64,000 nucleotides of DNA, taken from positions 1,029 through 65,028 of the forward strand of contig CANRIT010000006.1 in assembly GCA_947630745.1 (NCBI GenBank). Direction: 5' to 3'. Positions 10,701 through 20,487 of the stretch are shown here, in pieces. A program made the position numbers and the translations under genes. Under the pieces are notes generated by a model. It was not told where the DNA came from and searched no databases. It was given only the letters and a program-made list of their open reading frames with translations. Position 1 is the first letter of the stretch. Every line of letters begins with the position of its first letter. Source of the stretch: an uncultured Clostridia bacterium (GTDB taxonomy: Bacteria; Bacillota; Clostridia; Christensenellales; UBA1242).

Positions 10701-13700
10701 CTTTCGCCCGTTGTGCTGAAAATTTCTCCGCCCGACTGCGCTTTGTCTATGCCATTGCCATTTTGCATAACATTAAAGTGGTAAATAACATTAACGCCCG
10801 CTGCATTTTGTAAGGTTACGCTGGCTTGTGATGCGCTGCCAAATGATATAAATTGACCATTTGTGTCACTACCAAATGTAACACTACCTGTTGAGCCGTT
10901 ATCTGAAATTGTTATTTTATTTATGCTGTTATCATCCAAAAAGCCCATTGCGGAAACATCATAATCAAATATGGTTTGAGTTTCGCTACCTAACATGTAT
11001 TGAAGTGCAAATTTGTGCTGATTTAAAATTGAAGTTTTGCTTGCAACATCTTTAACTGCTGATTCGTTTGTTTCAGTGTATTCGTCAAAGAAACTTGCAT
11101 ATTTTGTGTCGCCTTCATTTACATCTGGTTTTAGATAGTATTGCTCATTTACCGATACAATTTCGCGCGCCGCACCCTTAACTTGATAAGCTGGTGTTAG
11201 AGTGTAGGTTTGAGGTGCTTTGATGTAGTAAGACTCAGTATTTGACTGATTTAGATTTGTGCCAGCATTTGACACAACAAGATCCAAAATCAAAGTAAAG
11301 TCGTTTGCCAAGTGTGCAAAATTTATGGTTGTGGAATTGGTTATATTTGCCACTCCATTTGCTACTACGTTGTTGTTATTAAGCACAATTTTTTGAACTT
11401 TGTCGCTGATTGTGTTGTCGCTACCTTTAAATGTAATTTGAAGTTGTGAATTTGATGTGGTGATTATGGTAACAAGTTTTGTGCCATGGCTATCGCCATC
11501 GTAAATGGTGAATGTGCGAGTATCTTTCCCGTTTTGGTCTTCAACCGCAACATAAATTGAACTGCCCGCGCTTTGTTTAAAGTCGGTTTTTGCGCTTAGC
11601 GTGTGTGGGCTGTTTAAGTCGGTTGTCTCATTTCGTTCAATATGAAGTTTTGTTGTTACTTGAACTGCGATATTTGCTTGCGCTTCCGCGGCTGATTTAA
11701 CCGCCAAATTGTCCAATTTTATTGTTATGTTAAAGTTGTAAGCGGTTTGGTCTTGGATAAAGTACAAAACAAGTTTTCCGTCTTTATATCCATAAGTTAC
11801 CGCATGCCCTTCAACTTCTATATTGTTGCCGTCCGCTTGTTGCAAATTGCTTGGTTGAGCGCTGTCCATACCAGTGTAATTTACACTTTTGCTTGTTTTA
11901 TCGCCAAATGTAAATGACACCTTGCCGTTATAGTCGGTTGGGACATAATTTGAAACGGTTAGATAGTTGTTAAATCCGTCATTATAGTTGTTGCCCAAAG
12001 TTACATTGTCTTGAGTTTTGGTTGGTGCAATGCGAGTTAAGCTGTAATTTACCTTAATTTTTGTTCCGTTGCTTAAAGTATAAATTGCGGTGAATTTTAA
12101 ATCTGTGCTTACAAAACTTTTTACATCAATTTCACCATTTGTTAGGGTTAAAATTTGGGTGGTGTTATCGTCTGTAAATTTGATTGTGTACATACCGCTT
12201 GTTTGTTCGCATTTATATTCCGCTGATACGCTGTCGGTTACAATTTCAACAGAATTTATGCCCAAACCATTGCCTTTGCCTGCTTCAATAATTGAGAAAC
12301 CGCCCACGCCCACTTTGTTTAGGTCAACATTATATTCGCCAGTAACAATTTGGTCATTTCGTGCCAAAGTCGCCAAGTCGTCAAGTGTGCCATTTTCATT
12401 ATTGGTTGGGCTTACATATGCGGTTACTGTGCCAACTGGAATAAATTTGTTTTCGTCCGCGCTGCAATAAACCACCATAAGCCTTAATGTTAGGTGTTGG
12501 GTTGGATTTGTTAAAGTTGCCGCTTGTTTGCCGTTGACAAGCCCACCAATTGCAATCTCTTGCTCGCCTATTTTAACAAGGTTTTCCGCACTGCCGTCAA
12601 CCAATGTTTTTGCGTTAACTAGATAGAATTGCAAATTGCTTGTGCTGTAATTTTTGTTGCCAAACAAGCCGTCAATGTTGCCAATCAGTTGATTGTCGTC
12701 ACTATTTGTTTTTATTGATTTGCCCAACAATTTTATATCGTCATTTGATGTGTCGATAATTTGGTTGTTGTTTTCATCATAAACCACGCCAAGGTCGATA
12801 TTGTTTCTAAAATTGGTCTGGCTTAAATTGTCGTTGTCCGAAATTATTTCCGCTTGCACTTTGTAATATTGTGCGGATGCGTTTTGATAAGTTATTTTAA
12901 ACACAAAATACATTGTTGTGGTGTCGCCGTAATTTGTCGGCAAACTAAATGTTATTTGTGTGCCAGAAATTTTTACCACATTGCCGTAAGCCACCCTGCC
13001 AGTTTTGTATGCGTAAAGCGAAATTGAGGTGTTTTGGTCACTTGGCAATCTGCTATATCCATTTTGATTATTCCACACCATAACCCTGCTTAGGTCAAGG
13101 AAACTATCGTACGCTAGGTCGATTGTGGTGTCTGGTGAAGTTTGTGCGCTGACCACATTTTTAAGTGGGACAACTTCGTATTTATCAAAAACTTCACTAC
13201 CTGTGCCGCCAGCAACAAGCGTCATGTTGTCTATTGTTTGCGGAGTTAGTTTTTCCGATGTGGTTGTGTCAAGCGGATAGTTGATTTGGATTGCTTGGTT
13301 GTTTTTAACTGTGATTGTTAGTAGATATTCATATGTTTCACTGATATCATCTTTTAAGTATGTGATTTTGATTGTTATCGTTATATTAACTTGTTCTTCA
13401 TTTAACGAAATAAGGTCTCTGCTAAGTGTTAGTGTTGTGCCTGCGTTGGTTGCTTTCCATTCTCCACCATTTAATTGGTAACCAATGTTGTAACCATTAT
13501 GCTCGTTTACTGCAGTGATTACAATTGAGGTTATAAAGTCAACTTCTTCATCTTGCTGACCACCATAAATGGTTTTAATCATGTCATAACTGCCTTCAAT
13601 GTAGAAGTCGTCTGAAGAAGATGTGATTTCTGGCACATATGGCCTTACATCGAAAGTGAATGTGCCAGTAAGAGTGTTGGTATTTTCAACTCCGTCAACA

Positions 13701-16700
13701 ATAAATGTAAACGAAACTGAAATGTGATATAATATTTGACTTGGATTTTCTATATAAGCATAGAATTTGTTGGTGTCGGTTAACATTTTGAATTTTATGT
13801 CAGGATTGCTTGCTTGCTCATCAACATTAGTAATTTTTAAAGTATTGTTTGTGTTGTCTGTTGTTACACTAAACACATCGTCAAATGCGTTTTCAATATA
13901 GGTTTGCAAGCCATTTTCTAGGCTTATTTCCACTTTGTATGCGTTTGTTATATTAACCAAAATGTCGTTAGAATCTTGTTTGGTTAAGTCTGTGCCATTT
14001 ATCCAAATTGCAATTGGATTATTGTTGTAATGCAAATTTAATGTGATGGTATTGTTGTAGTTAAGTTCGCTCACCCAGCCCACTTTAAAATTACTTTCCA
14101 CAATTGTTAAAAGATTATCGCTGTCGTCGTCTTTGCTACCTATCGACAATTTGGAATAGTCGTTATTTTCTGTAATCTTTTGCAAGTTGTCGCCGTCAGA
14201 GTACATTTTTGTGCTGTTGTCAACTGTTTTGCCGTACACAATATTGTCATCGGTTTTGTAAGAATATAAATCAATAAGCGAATTAAGTTGAGTGTCCGTT
14301 GCGGATTTTAAATTAATTGTGTTGGTTTTTAGCACTGCAACTGCATTGTCAAGCACGGTAAAGGTGTATTCGTAATCCAATTCCATTGGAGTAGATTCAT
14401 CCCCTTTAAAGAAGAAGAATTTATATTTGCCCGCTTGTAATTGCAATTCGCCGCCATTATTTACTGCTGTTGCGTTCGAATAATTGTCGCCGTCAACATT
14501 ATCGCCATGCAAATATTTAACTTTTATGTTGTTGCTGTTTGCCTTGTCCAAAATTTTGTAAATTGGTCGGTTGGTGTCGGTGGACATTGCGCTTGCGTCA
14601 GTGTATGTCTTGTACAAAAGCACGGTTGTGCCTGCGTAGAAATTGCTCCAATACGGGCTTTCGTTTATTGAAAGCGATGGGCTGAATCGGATTGAAATTT
14701 TGGTTGGTTGCTGCTCGGTTTTAAGCTTGATTGACAATTCAAATTGAAGGTCGGTTTGCTGATATTTATCGCGGGTAAGCACAAGGTCGCCGTCTTTATA
14801 TTCAATTTTAACAAGGTAATTGTCACCAACCTTTATGCCTGCAACCACGCTGTCGCCAATTTCATTAAGCGTTTTGGTTTTGTCAGTAATTTCTACTTCG
14901 TAATTTTTTACGCCAGAAACTATGTTGTCAATACCAACAATAAACGCCTCGTCAATTGAAACTTTTTGTTCACCATTTTTGTAATCTAAATATTCGTTAG
15001 AAATTAAATTTAAACTATTGTTTTCGACAAAATCATTTTTGTTTGCGCTTGCAGTAAAGCCATTTTCCGCCACCACTTCCACTTTTAGATAGCGCGTGAT
15101 TGTTTCGCAAGTTATGTTGATGACTGAATACCCAGTTTCAGTTGTTACCCCAACCACTTTTGTGGTTATTTTGCCATCTTGACCAAGTGTGAAATAGTTG
15201 CCGCCGTCAGTTGAAGTTGCGGTGTAACTGAGTTTTCTTGTTAAAGTTTCGTAAGGAGTTGCGTAAAATCTATTTACGCTTTCAGCTGCGGTTGTGCTGT
15301 TAAACAAAGCATTGATGTCTGTTATTTCATATGTTTTTTCGCCGTCAATAATTTCATACTTGTAGGTGTAATTTTCGTCATCCCACCCTATTGTAATTTT
15401 TAGGCGGGCGGTGCTGCCAGCCGTTTCGGTTGTTGCAGCAAGGGATACATTTTGGTCGCCTATTCTTAAAATTATATTGTTTGGGGTGTTTGGTACAAAA
15501 TACACATTTGTGTTGCACCTTATTTGCCTTTCCCCGCCAATGTTAAGTGCAAAATGGTAGCTATTGCTGCTGCTTGGACTGGAAACCAAATCGTCAAAAG
15601 TTATTGTTATTGTGTTGTTGCCGTCAGTTGTGTTTGCAACAGTTATGCCATCCGTAGACATATTGCCGGTTGAACTTGCAAAGGCAATTAAATTTTTGTT
15701 ATCTTCAAACAATTTAAGCAAGTCCGCAATTTGCAAATCGTTTACATTTGAGGTGATGTTTATGGTGTGGGTTGCGGTGTCGCCAAGCGTAGTTAAATAA
15801 TCACCAAAGAACATATATTCTATACCGCGTTCGGTTTGGGTTGAATATGTATCGGTTACAAAATTAAAATCAAGGTCATTATTGCCAATGTTTAAACTTA
15901 AATGTGCGGAAACTGCAAGCGATTCGTTTGCAATCGCGTTGTTGCCAAGCATGATATAGTCAACACTGGTTGTGCTTTGCGTAATGTAACTTGTTATGTC
16001 GTTGGTTTTAAGCAAAATTGGATAAAGTTTTGGAGACAAATTGCGCGCATCAATAATTTCGCTAGTGGCTTTAACCGCGTTTACAAACTGGTCATCGTCA
16101 AAATAGCCCACCAACCTATACGACAAGTTGCCGTTTGTAATTTGAATGTTTGTAATGGTTTCAAAATATTTTGCATCGGTTTCAAGCGTAACAAGCGCAA
16201 AGCCATTGTAGCTTGTGCCTTTCGTGTTGAAAGTGTACAACTCATCAATATCGGTCGAGTTGAAAATTCTGCCATTTGCGTCATACCCCACCGTCAAAGT
16301 TAAATCTGGTGAAAGTCTGGTTGGCGTATTAAATTTTGGATTAATAGTTATTTTGCACGCATTGCTTGGCAAAACAACTGTGCCATCGCTGTTTACAACA
16401 AACAAAAGCAAGGCAAGGCTATCGTCCGTCATCTCGTTGTTGGCGGTGATGATAAAGCTGTTGTTTACCCCTTCGTTTCTGACTGCTGGGCTGACGGTGT
16501 AATCAAAATCGGTAGCCGTGGTGAAGTTATCGTTTTCTTGCTTGAAAAAGTCCATATAACTGCCCGAACCAAGCACAACTAGGCTGCTTGTTTGATTTGC
16601 GGTGCGCACAAATATTGCGCCATATTTTGCCTTGTAACTGGTTGTGGTGTCAGTGGCGGTTATGCCGCTTACAAGTTGATATTTTACGCCTAGCGAATTA

Positions 16701-18022
16701 ACAAGTGTCAAGCGGCTGTCAAGCGAAATTGTGTAGCGCAACTGGGTGTTGTTGTCGGTAAGCGTGCTGCCGCTGATTGAGTAGCTGTTTTGATTGTTGA
16801 AATACAAGTCGCTTGCTGATTCCGCACCAAACACAAGGTTGGAATTGGTTAAGAACAGATGTTCAAAATTGCTAAGTTTAAACACAATGTTGTTGTATCT
16901 ATCTTCACTGCCCGCGCCCGACATGGTTATGCCAAGATTGCTTAGGCTAAGTTCGTTTGGCACATTTACGTTAAGCTGAGCCGATGAGCCCATGTTTACC
17001 GATTCTATATTTGCAAACTGGACGGAAAGCGAAATGTTAAGGTGTGGAAGTTGAGATATATGTCGCTCATAAACCGTGTTTTCGTCCCAAGTTGAAGTAT
17101 CGTCCTTTTGTGCGAAATATGTTGGATACATAACCGCAACAAAGTTGTAGTTTGTTGAGTCGGTTTTTGAATTCGACAAAAAGCGATAGCCCGAGTGATA
17201 GATGTTTCTATTTTGATTTTCACTGCCAAGCCAGCCGGGGTTGCCTACCCACTGCAAGTCGTAATCGGCGCAATTTTGCTCAGTGATTAAAATATATTTG
17301 CCTTCACTACGGTTGTCGAAATAAAGTTCCACTTCTTTTGCGTGCTTGTCATAAATTGGCAAAAGCGCATTGTTTGGCGAGATTTCAAAGTCAAAATCAA
17401 GCGGCGAACCAGCGTCTATTTTAAGCGTTTGGGTTTGCCCGTCAGCGGATAGTTGCGCTTGTTTGTTTGAAGTGTTAAGCACAAGTTTGTTTGCGGCAAT
17501 ATCAATTTCTATACGCAAGCTGTTTTGGCTGGATACAAGAATTGAGCCATCGCTACGCCTTGCCTCACCCGACACGGTTACAATGCCGTATTCCGCTTTG
17601 TTGGATGGATAGGTTTGTTCTACCGCGCTGCTGTTGACTTTATAATAGATTGGCTGATTGCAATTGACTTTGTAATAAAAGCCGTCCGATTCTGGGGTAA
17701 GCGCCTGACCTTTGCTGTCGGTTAAAATTATAAGGTCTTGGTTGTTGACTTGATTGTTGCGGTCAAGCGATATGTAGCACGTGCGCTGATTGACCTCTTT
17801 TGCCTTGTCCGACTCAGCAGACAGGCGGAAAGAGTATAGTTTGGAACTATCATTTTCATCATACTGGATTTGCAACACATCTTGTTCAAAAAACAGGCGC
17901 GCTGGATAGATTGGGTCGGACCTAAATTGACCCGTTGCCGCCAAAACGCCCACAATAACACCAACAAGGGCAAACACCCCCGCCAGTACAATACCTAGTA
18001 CCTTAAAAATCCTTTTTGTCAT
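7730..18022 (-). CDS. giant (3430 aa) secreted or membrane-anchored surface protein
   Basis: Uninterrupted 10.3-kb ORF. N-terminal basic plus hydrophobic segment (MTKRIFKVLGIVLAGVFALVGVIVGVLAA). T/N/S/D-rich beta-strand-like composition. Confidence 0.85.
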   Translation of the reverse strand: MTKRIFKVLGIVLAGVFALVGVIVGVLAATGQFRSDPIYPARLFFEQDVLQIQYDENDSSKLYSFRLSAESDKAKEVNQRTCYISLDRNNQVNNQDLIILTDSKGQALTPESDGFYYKVNCNQPIYYKVNSSAVEQTYPSNKAEYGIVTVSGEARRSDGSILVSSQNSLRIEIDIAANKLVLNTSNKQAQLSADGQTQTLKIDAGSPLDFDFEISPNNALLPIYDKHAKEVELYFDNRSEGKYILITEQNCADYDLQWVGNPGWLGSENQNRNIYHSGYRFLSNSKTDSTNYNFVAVMYPTYFAQKDDTSTWDENTVYERHISQLPHLNISLSVQFANIESVNMGSSAQLNVNVPNELSLSNLGITMSGAGSEDRYNNIVFKLSNFEHLFLTNSNLVFGAESASDLYFNNQNSYSISGSTLTDNNTQLRYTISLDSRLTLVNSLGVKYQLVSGITATDTTTSYKAKYGAIFVRTANQTSSLVVLGSGSYMDFFKQENDNFTTATDFDYTVSPAVRNEGVNNSFIITANNEMTDDSLALLLFVVNSDGTVVLPSNACKITINPKFNTPTRLSPDLTLTVGYDANGRIFNSTDIDELYTFNTKGTSYNGFALVTLETDAKYFETITNIQITNGNLSYRLVGYFDDDQFVNAVKATSEIIDARNLSPKLYPILLKTNDITSYITQSTTSVDYIMLGNNAIANESLAVSAHLSLNIGNNDLDFNFVTDTYSTQTERGIEYMFFGDYLTTLGDTATHTINITSNVNDLQIADLLKLFEDNKNLIAFASSTGNMSTDGITVANTTDGNNTITITFDDLVSSPSSSNSYHFALNIGGERQIRCNTNVYFVPNTPNNIILRIGDQNVSLAATTETAGSTARLKITIGWDDENYTYKYEIIDGEKTYEITDINALFNSTTAAESVNRFYATPYETLTRKLSYTATSTDGGNYFTLGQDGKITTKVVGVTTETGYSVINITCETITRYLKVEVVAENGFTASANKNDFVENNSLNLISNEYLDYKNGEQKVSIDEAFIVGIDNIVSGVKNYEVEITDKTKTLNEIGDSVVAGIKVGDNYLVKIEYKDGDLVLTRDKYQQTDLQFELSIKLKTEQQPTKISIRFSPSLSINESPYWSNFYAGTTVLLYKTYTDASAMSTDTNRPIYKILDKANSNNIKVKYLHGDNVDGDNYSNATAVNNGGELQLQAGKYKFFFFKGDESTPMELDYEYTFTVLDNAVAVLKTNTINLKSATDTQLNSLIDLYSYKTDDNIVYGKTVDNSTKMYSDGDNLQKITENNDYSKLSIGSKDDDSDNLLTIVESNFKVGWVSELNYNNTITLNLHYNNNPIAIWINGTDLTKQDSNDILVNITNAYKVEISLENGLQTYIENAFDDVFSVTTDNTNNTLKITNVDEQASNPDIKFKMLTDTNKFYAYIENPSQILYHISVSFTFIVDGVENTNTLTGTFTFDVRPYVPEITSSSDDFYIEGSYDMIKTIYGGQQDEEVDFITSIVITAVNEHNGYNIGYQLNGGEWKATNAGTTLTLSRDLISLNEEQVNITITIKITYLKDDISETYEYLLTITVKNNQAIQINYPLDTTTSEKLTPQTIDNMTLVAGGTGSEVFDKYEVVPLKNVVSAQTSPDTTIDLAYDSFLDLSRVMVWNNQNGYSRLPSDQNTSISLYAYKTGRVAYGNVVKISGTQITFSLPTNYGDTTTMYFVFKITYQNASAQYYKVQAEIISDNDNLSQTNFRNNIDLGVVYDENNNQIIDTSNDDIKLLGKSIKTNSDDNQLIGNIDGLFGNKNYSTSNLQFYLVNAKTLVDGSAENLVKIGEQEIAIGGLVNGKQAATLTNPTQHLTLRLMVVYCSADENKFIPVGTVTAYVSPTNNENGTLDDLATLARNDQIVTGEYNVDLNKVGVGGFSIIEAGKGNGLGINSVEIVTDSVSAEYKCEQTSGMYTIKFTDDNTTQILTLTNGEIDVKSFVSTDLKFTAIYTLSNGTKIKVNYSLTRIAPTKTQDNVTLGNNYNDGFNNYLTVSNYVPTDYNGKVSFTFGDKTSKSVNYTGMDSAQPSNLQQADGNNIEVEGHAVTYGYKDGKLVLYFIQDQTAYNFNITIKLDNLAVKSAAEAQANIAVQVTTKLHIERNETTDLNSPHTLSAKTDFKQSAGSSIYVAVEDQNGKDTRTFTIYDGDSHGTKLVTIITTSNSQLQITFKGSDNTISDKVQKIVLNNNNVVANGVANITNSTTINFAHLANDFTLILDLVVSNAGTNLNQSNTESYYIKAPQTYTLTPAYQVKGAAREIVSVNEQYYLKPDVNEGDTKYASFFDEYTETNESAVKDVASKTSILNQHKFALQYMLGSETQTIFDYDVSAMGFLDDNSINKITISDNGSTGSVTFGSDTNGQFISFGSASQASVTLQNAAGVNVIYHFNVMQNGNGIDKAQSGGEIFSTTGESAFNYVSLIIDDNDNDSFKLSGDGEKYGKVIGQVRDGDANVFHITDLQALTSKDGALTQVSSEITRRTGDDSEIVDNDVIVQYEFTIQPLTFTITYKNDNSIYLDLSRNSGSKIEIAALQLTMYGNSKIESGFRIYLFNVKESVNAGKLTDVYGYSENSINLGEIYNYTFNTGESGKIDKLSYEIDMQDSSANLNNGGSSSFDLSHVFSSTTIGNDNALKLNTLLQDVKVHLKINVKYTFDENTQIIIDQQANCDFTVKRGVSLFFKQGDNDYKEIGTDTGLVANYKFLSSNPSLPYSWDITQSYTYGNDNKTYQIVACRLDKSDSSREVSLQEYLNNVTISNGDDLGISYADGKITFAKDINNNGEYTFTFLTTSHDTTNSQQLRIKIQGYVGVESISTPIGDGNGFKAGTTISLAKNNNDATANTGLTLTINADLDDNKKLQLNYQYAIISSSAWSTSSLGSLSYGEQQSLDISKNSIPTITLPATSINDAYVVYKTWITYIGFDSTNENVKTADYYVAYKLKGINYISDFNTVEDHKYNSVDVDNGLISSSGEENKTVLPLTYFKQTYTASEVQARDTKQAVFTLIYDNNELKQQLEFNSSKYVYNKETKRWENTATEQTDYFDVDSEFNKITHQVKTDGELYQQDKQYTLTIPEYAKLDSVNVLFTLATDININDYLTFANALIGQNSSLKFVGDNGSKLDSSSGVADGLKESYEIKPFEVNNEVVLGVDLSGDSAIFNGRLNCKLVIELNGNQISLSDNTFSLYTQNEIVAKATTLHKASEIFTSTTDQTEILGIYKTGGNNGETTWVKVNSGNGSITAEYNSQVEKTYTLGDKTYPIHTITYKLSDESENSLYTNTKTFYVIESESDSIIAVKSPSFNQQVATSSSQITFDVSTNVFTEWKMNNGELTSNGYSGEITITAKEDNPITGEDNVTINNNDKTISVSVEALNKYFTEHSANSVTLRFTISVNGQTYDISISYNKQIQ

Positions 18023-18190
18023 ACCCCTAAATCCTTTAAAATTATTATCTACAATTTTCTACAAAATAATTATATTATTTTTAAATTTGTAAGTCAAATA
18101 AAAATGGCAACAAAATTGGTTTATTTTAGGGCAATTTTTAATTTTTTATGTTTTGGACGATTTAAATGCAAAATTAGCAAAACACAAAAT

Positions 18191-18212
18191 AAAAAAAGCC
18201 CCACTGTGGGGC
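18191..18212 (-). terminator. intrinsic terminator of rsmA
   Basis: GCCCCAC-A-GTGGGGC hairpin followed by T7 on the minus strand. Confidence 0.75.
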
Positions 18213-18248
18213 ATGGATTGAATTTTCGACAAAAATTTAAACATTTAA

Positions 18249-19043
18249 TTATTTGCTTAGTGCGGCAAACATATTGACAAAATCAGCCACCGTTATCTCT
18301 TCCGGGCGGACGGACAGGGAGTAGTTGAATTTTTGCAAGATGTGTTCAATATCTTCCTTAGAATAGGCTGATTTTAGGTTATTCACAAGCGTTTTTCTGC
18401 GCATTGAAAACGACTGATGCACAAACGCGCTGAATGCGTTAAAGTTAGCAATGTTATATTTGTTGTGCGGAACAAGTTTGATAAGTGCGCTATCCACTTT
18501 TGGAGCGGGAGTAAAACATTCCTTTTTAACGATGCGCGGGATGGATGTTGTAAACAGCGATTGCAAAATTACACTTGTTATGCCATAGTCTTTGGTTTTT
18601 GGTTGGGCGTTAAAGCGAAGCGCTACCTCTTTTTGCACAAGCACAAGGATTGATTTTATGTTTTGTATTTGTTCAACAAGCTTAAAAATTATTGGTGTGG
18701 TTATGTAGTATGGTATGTTTGCGACCACCCGGGTGGGGGTATCTATAATTTTGATTAAATCCGCCTTTAAAAAATCATCAAAAATTAAAGTTAAGTTTTT
18801 GTTGTTGTCAGCAATTTTTTGTAGGGTTGGTTTTAGTGTTTCATCAATTTCAAACGAAATAACTTTTTTTGCTTTGCTACATAAAACTTGAGTAAGTGTT
18901 CCCGCACCTGCGCCAATTTCCAGCACGGTATCGTTATACCCCACCTCCCCATCGCACGCAATGGCATTTAAAAGATTTAAGTCATAAATAAAATTTTGAC
19001 CCAAACCCTTTTTGTAAAACTCACCATCCAACCTTTTTTGCAT
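18249..19043 (-). CDS. rsmA: 16S rRNA A1518/A1519 dimethyltransferase
   Basis: KKGLGQNFI, VLEIGAGAGTLT, VVANIPYYITTPI, F.PAPKVDSA, F..RRKTL.N.L. Confidence 0.96.
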   Translation of the reverse strand: MQKRLDGEFYKKGLGQNFIYDLNLLNAIACDGEVGYNDTVLEIGAGAGTLTQVLCSKAKKVISFEIDETLKPTLQKIADNNKNLTLIFDDFLKADLIKIIDTPTRVVANIPYYITTPIIFKLVEQIQNIKSILVLVQKEVALRFNAQPKTKDYGITSVILQSLFTTSIPRIVKKECFTPAPKVDSALIKLVPHNKYNIANFNAFSAFVHQSFSMRRKTLVNNLKSAYSKEDIEHILQKFNYSLSVRPEEITVADFVNMFAALSK

Positions 19044-19195
19044 ATAAATATTTTATCAAAAATGCAAAATAAAAGCAATAAAATAACTAAAATTTTAAAA
19101 AAATTATCAAAATTTGCATGTTTTTTGCCTTAATTTTGTTAATTTTTAAAAAATTTTAAAAAAATTGGCAGTGCGCCAACTTTTTTTTTGTTGTT

Positions 19196-19837
19196 TTATT
19201 TTAGATTGTTTAAATTATAATTTTCATCTAAGTCATTAAAGTCTACAAAAGTGGCTGAAATTTCTTTTGTGTAATTGTTATATTCTTCACGCGCGGCTTC
19301 AATTTTTTCTGCCTTTCTTTTTGCTGCCTTTTTAATTAATTTTTGAATGTAGTTTGCCCCAAAATTTTGCTTTAACAATTTATGCCAAGCAGTGGTTAAA
19401 TTTTTGTCTTCATACTTAGCGTAATCTTTTAGTCCAGTATCAACATGATGACCATAAATATTTGTGACCTTATCCAAAAGATTATTCAAATACAGCCAAC
19501 TAAATTTGTATGCCCGCTCTTCTGTAAAAAGATAAACATCTTTGCAGCCATCCACACCCAAAATTGCGGTAACATTTCTATCCCCTTCACTTATATATCC
19601 GCCAAAAAGTGAAAGGTTTGCTGCCGTTTTATCTTCCATAGCCGATTTTAACAAGTCAATAATCTGTTTTGCAAGTTTGACATTGGCAATCATCTCCACC
19701 CCATTAATGTTTTCAACAATCTGCTTACCTTGCCAATTTTGCCCCAAGGCTTGAACAATCCGCTCATCATCGCGGAAAGCAAAGCCGTATTTGCCAAAAT
19801 ATTGCACCATACTTACAAATTTTATAACCTTATCCAT
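19196..19837 (-). CDS. hypothetical protein, paralog array member 1
   Basis: GGAGG RBS before MDKVIKF. C-terminal W..LL...FG..YIQKL plus coiled coil shared with neighbours. Confidence 0.8.
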   Translation of the reverse strand: MDKVIKFVSMVQYFGKYGFAFRDDERIVQALGQNWQGKQIVENINGVEMIANVKLAKQIIDLLKSAMEDKTAANLSLFGGYISEGDRNVTAILGVDGCKDVYLFTEERAYKFSWLYLNNLLDKVTNIYGHHVDTGLKDYAKYEDKNLTTAWHKLLKQNFGANYIQKLIKKAAKRKAEKIEAAREEYNNYTKEISATFVDFNDLDENYNLNNLK

Positions 19838-19915
19838 TTTTCCTCCATGCGCTTTATTATCGCACAAAATGCAAAACTTGTCAATACCTAAAAAAATTGG
19901 CATCAAGCCAACCTT

Positions 19916-20464
19916 TTATTTAACATTTTTGTTGTCTTCTTTTAAATCTAAGTCATCAAACTTTTTGGTGTATTCGCTAAATTCTTGTTGCGCGGATTTT
20001 ATTTCTGTTTCCATTTTTCGCTGCGCATTTGCAATCATCTTTTGAATGTAACCCGTGCCGTACTCGTTTTTTAAAATTTTAAGCCATTTAAAAGACAAAC
20101 TTAAATCTTCTCGCGTTTTTACAACCGTGTCGTAAACGGTATATGACCAATAAACCGAATCTTCAGTAAGGTAAAGGCTGCGAAATTTGGTCACCATGTT
20201 AACGGCGGGGATGCACTCATCTTCATTTTGCAACACACCCACGGTTATCTGCTCTGGTTCAAGCTTGTCGCCAAATTCGTTTTTAAGCGTCTCAGCAAAT
20301 TTTTTCACACACATTGGGTCGGCAATAAATTCGCAGTCCAGCATATTGGCATTTATCCAATGATCACGCTGGCGCGCATTAGCAAGCAGAATTTGGGCTG
20401 TTTCTTTTGTTAAGGTGTCAAATTTATCTTGAACCATTCTGTATCTCAGCGGTTTATAATTCAT
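19916..20464 (-). CDS. hypothetical protein, paralog array member 2
   Basis: GGAG RBS before MNYKPL. WLKILKNEYGTGYIQKM plus coiled coil. Confidence 0.8.
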   Translation of the reverse strand: MNYKPLRYRMVQDKFDTLTKETAQILLANARQRDHWINANMLDCEFIADPMCVKKFAETLKNEFGDKLEPEQITVGVLQNEDECIPAVNMVTKFRSLYLTEDSVYWSYTVYDTVVKTREDLSLSFKWLKILKNEYGTGYIQKMIANAQRKMETEIKSAQQEFSEYTKKFDDLDLKEDNKNVK

Positions 20465-20487
20465 TATTTCTCCAAATGTTGTGACGA

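Noticed and set aside
7730-18022. Diversity-generating retroelement target or RTX/Rhs toxin
   Set aside because: No reverse transcriptase, template/variable repeat pair, GGXGXD repeats or YD repeats were seen.
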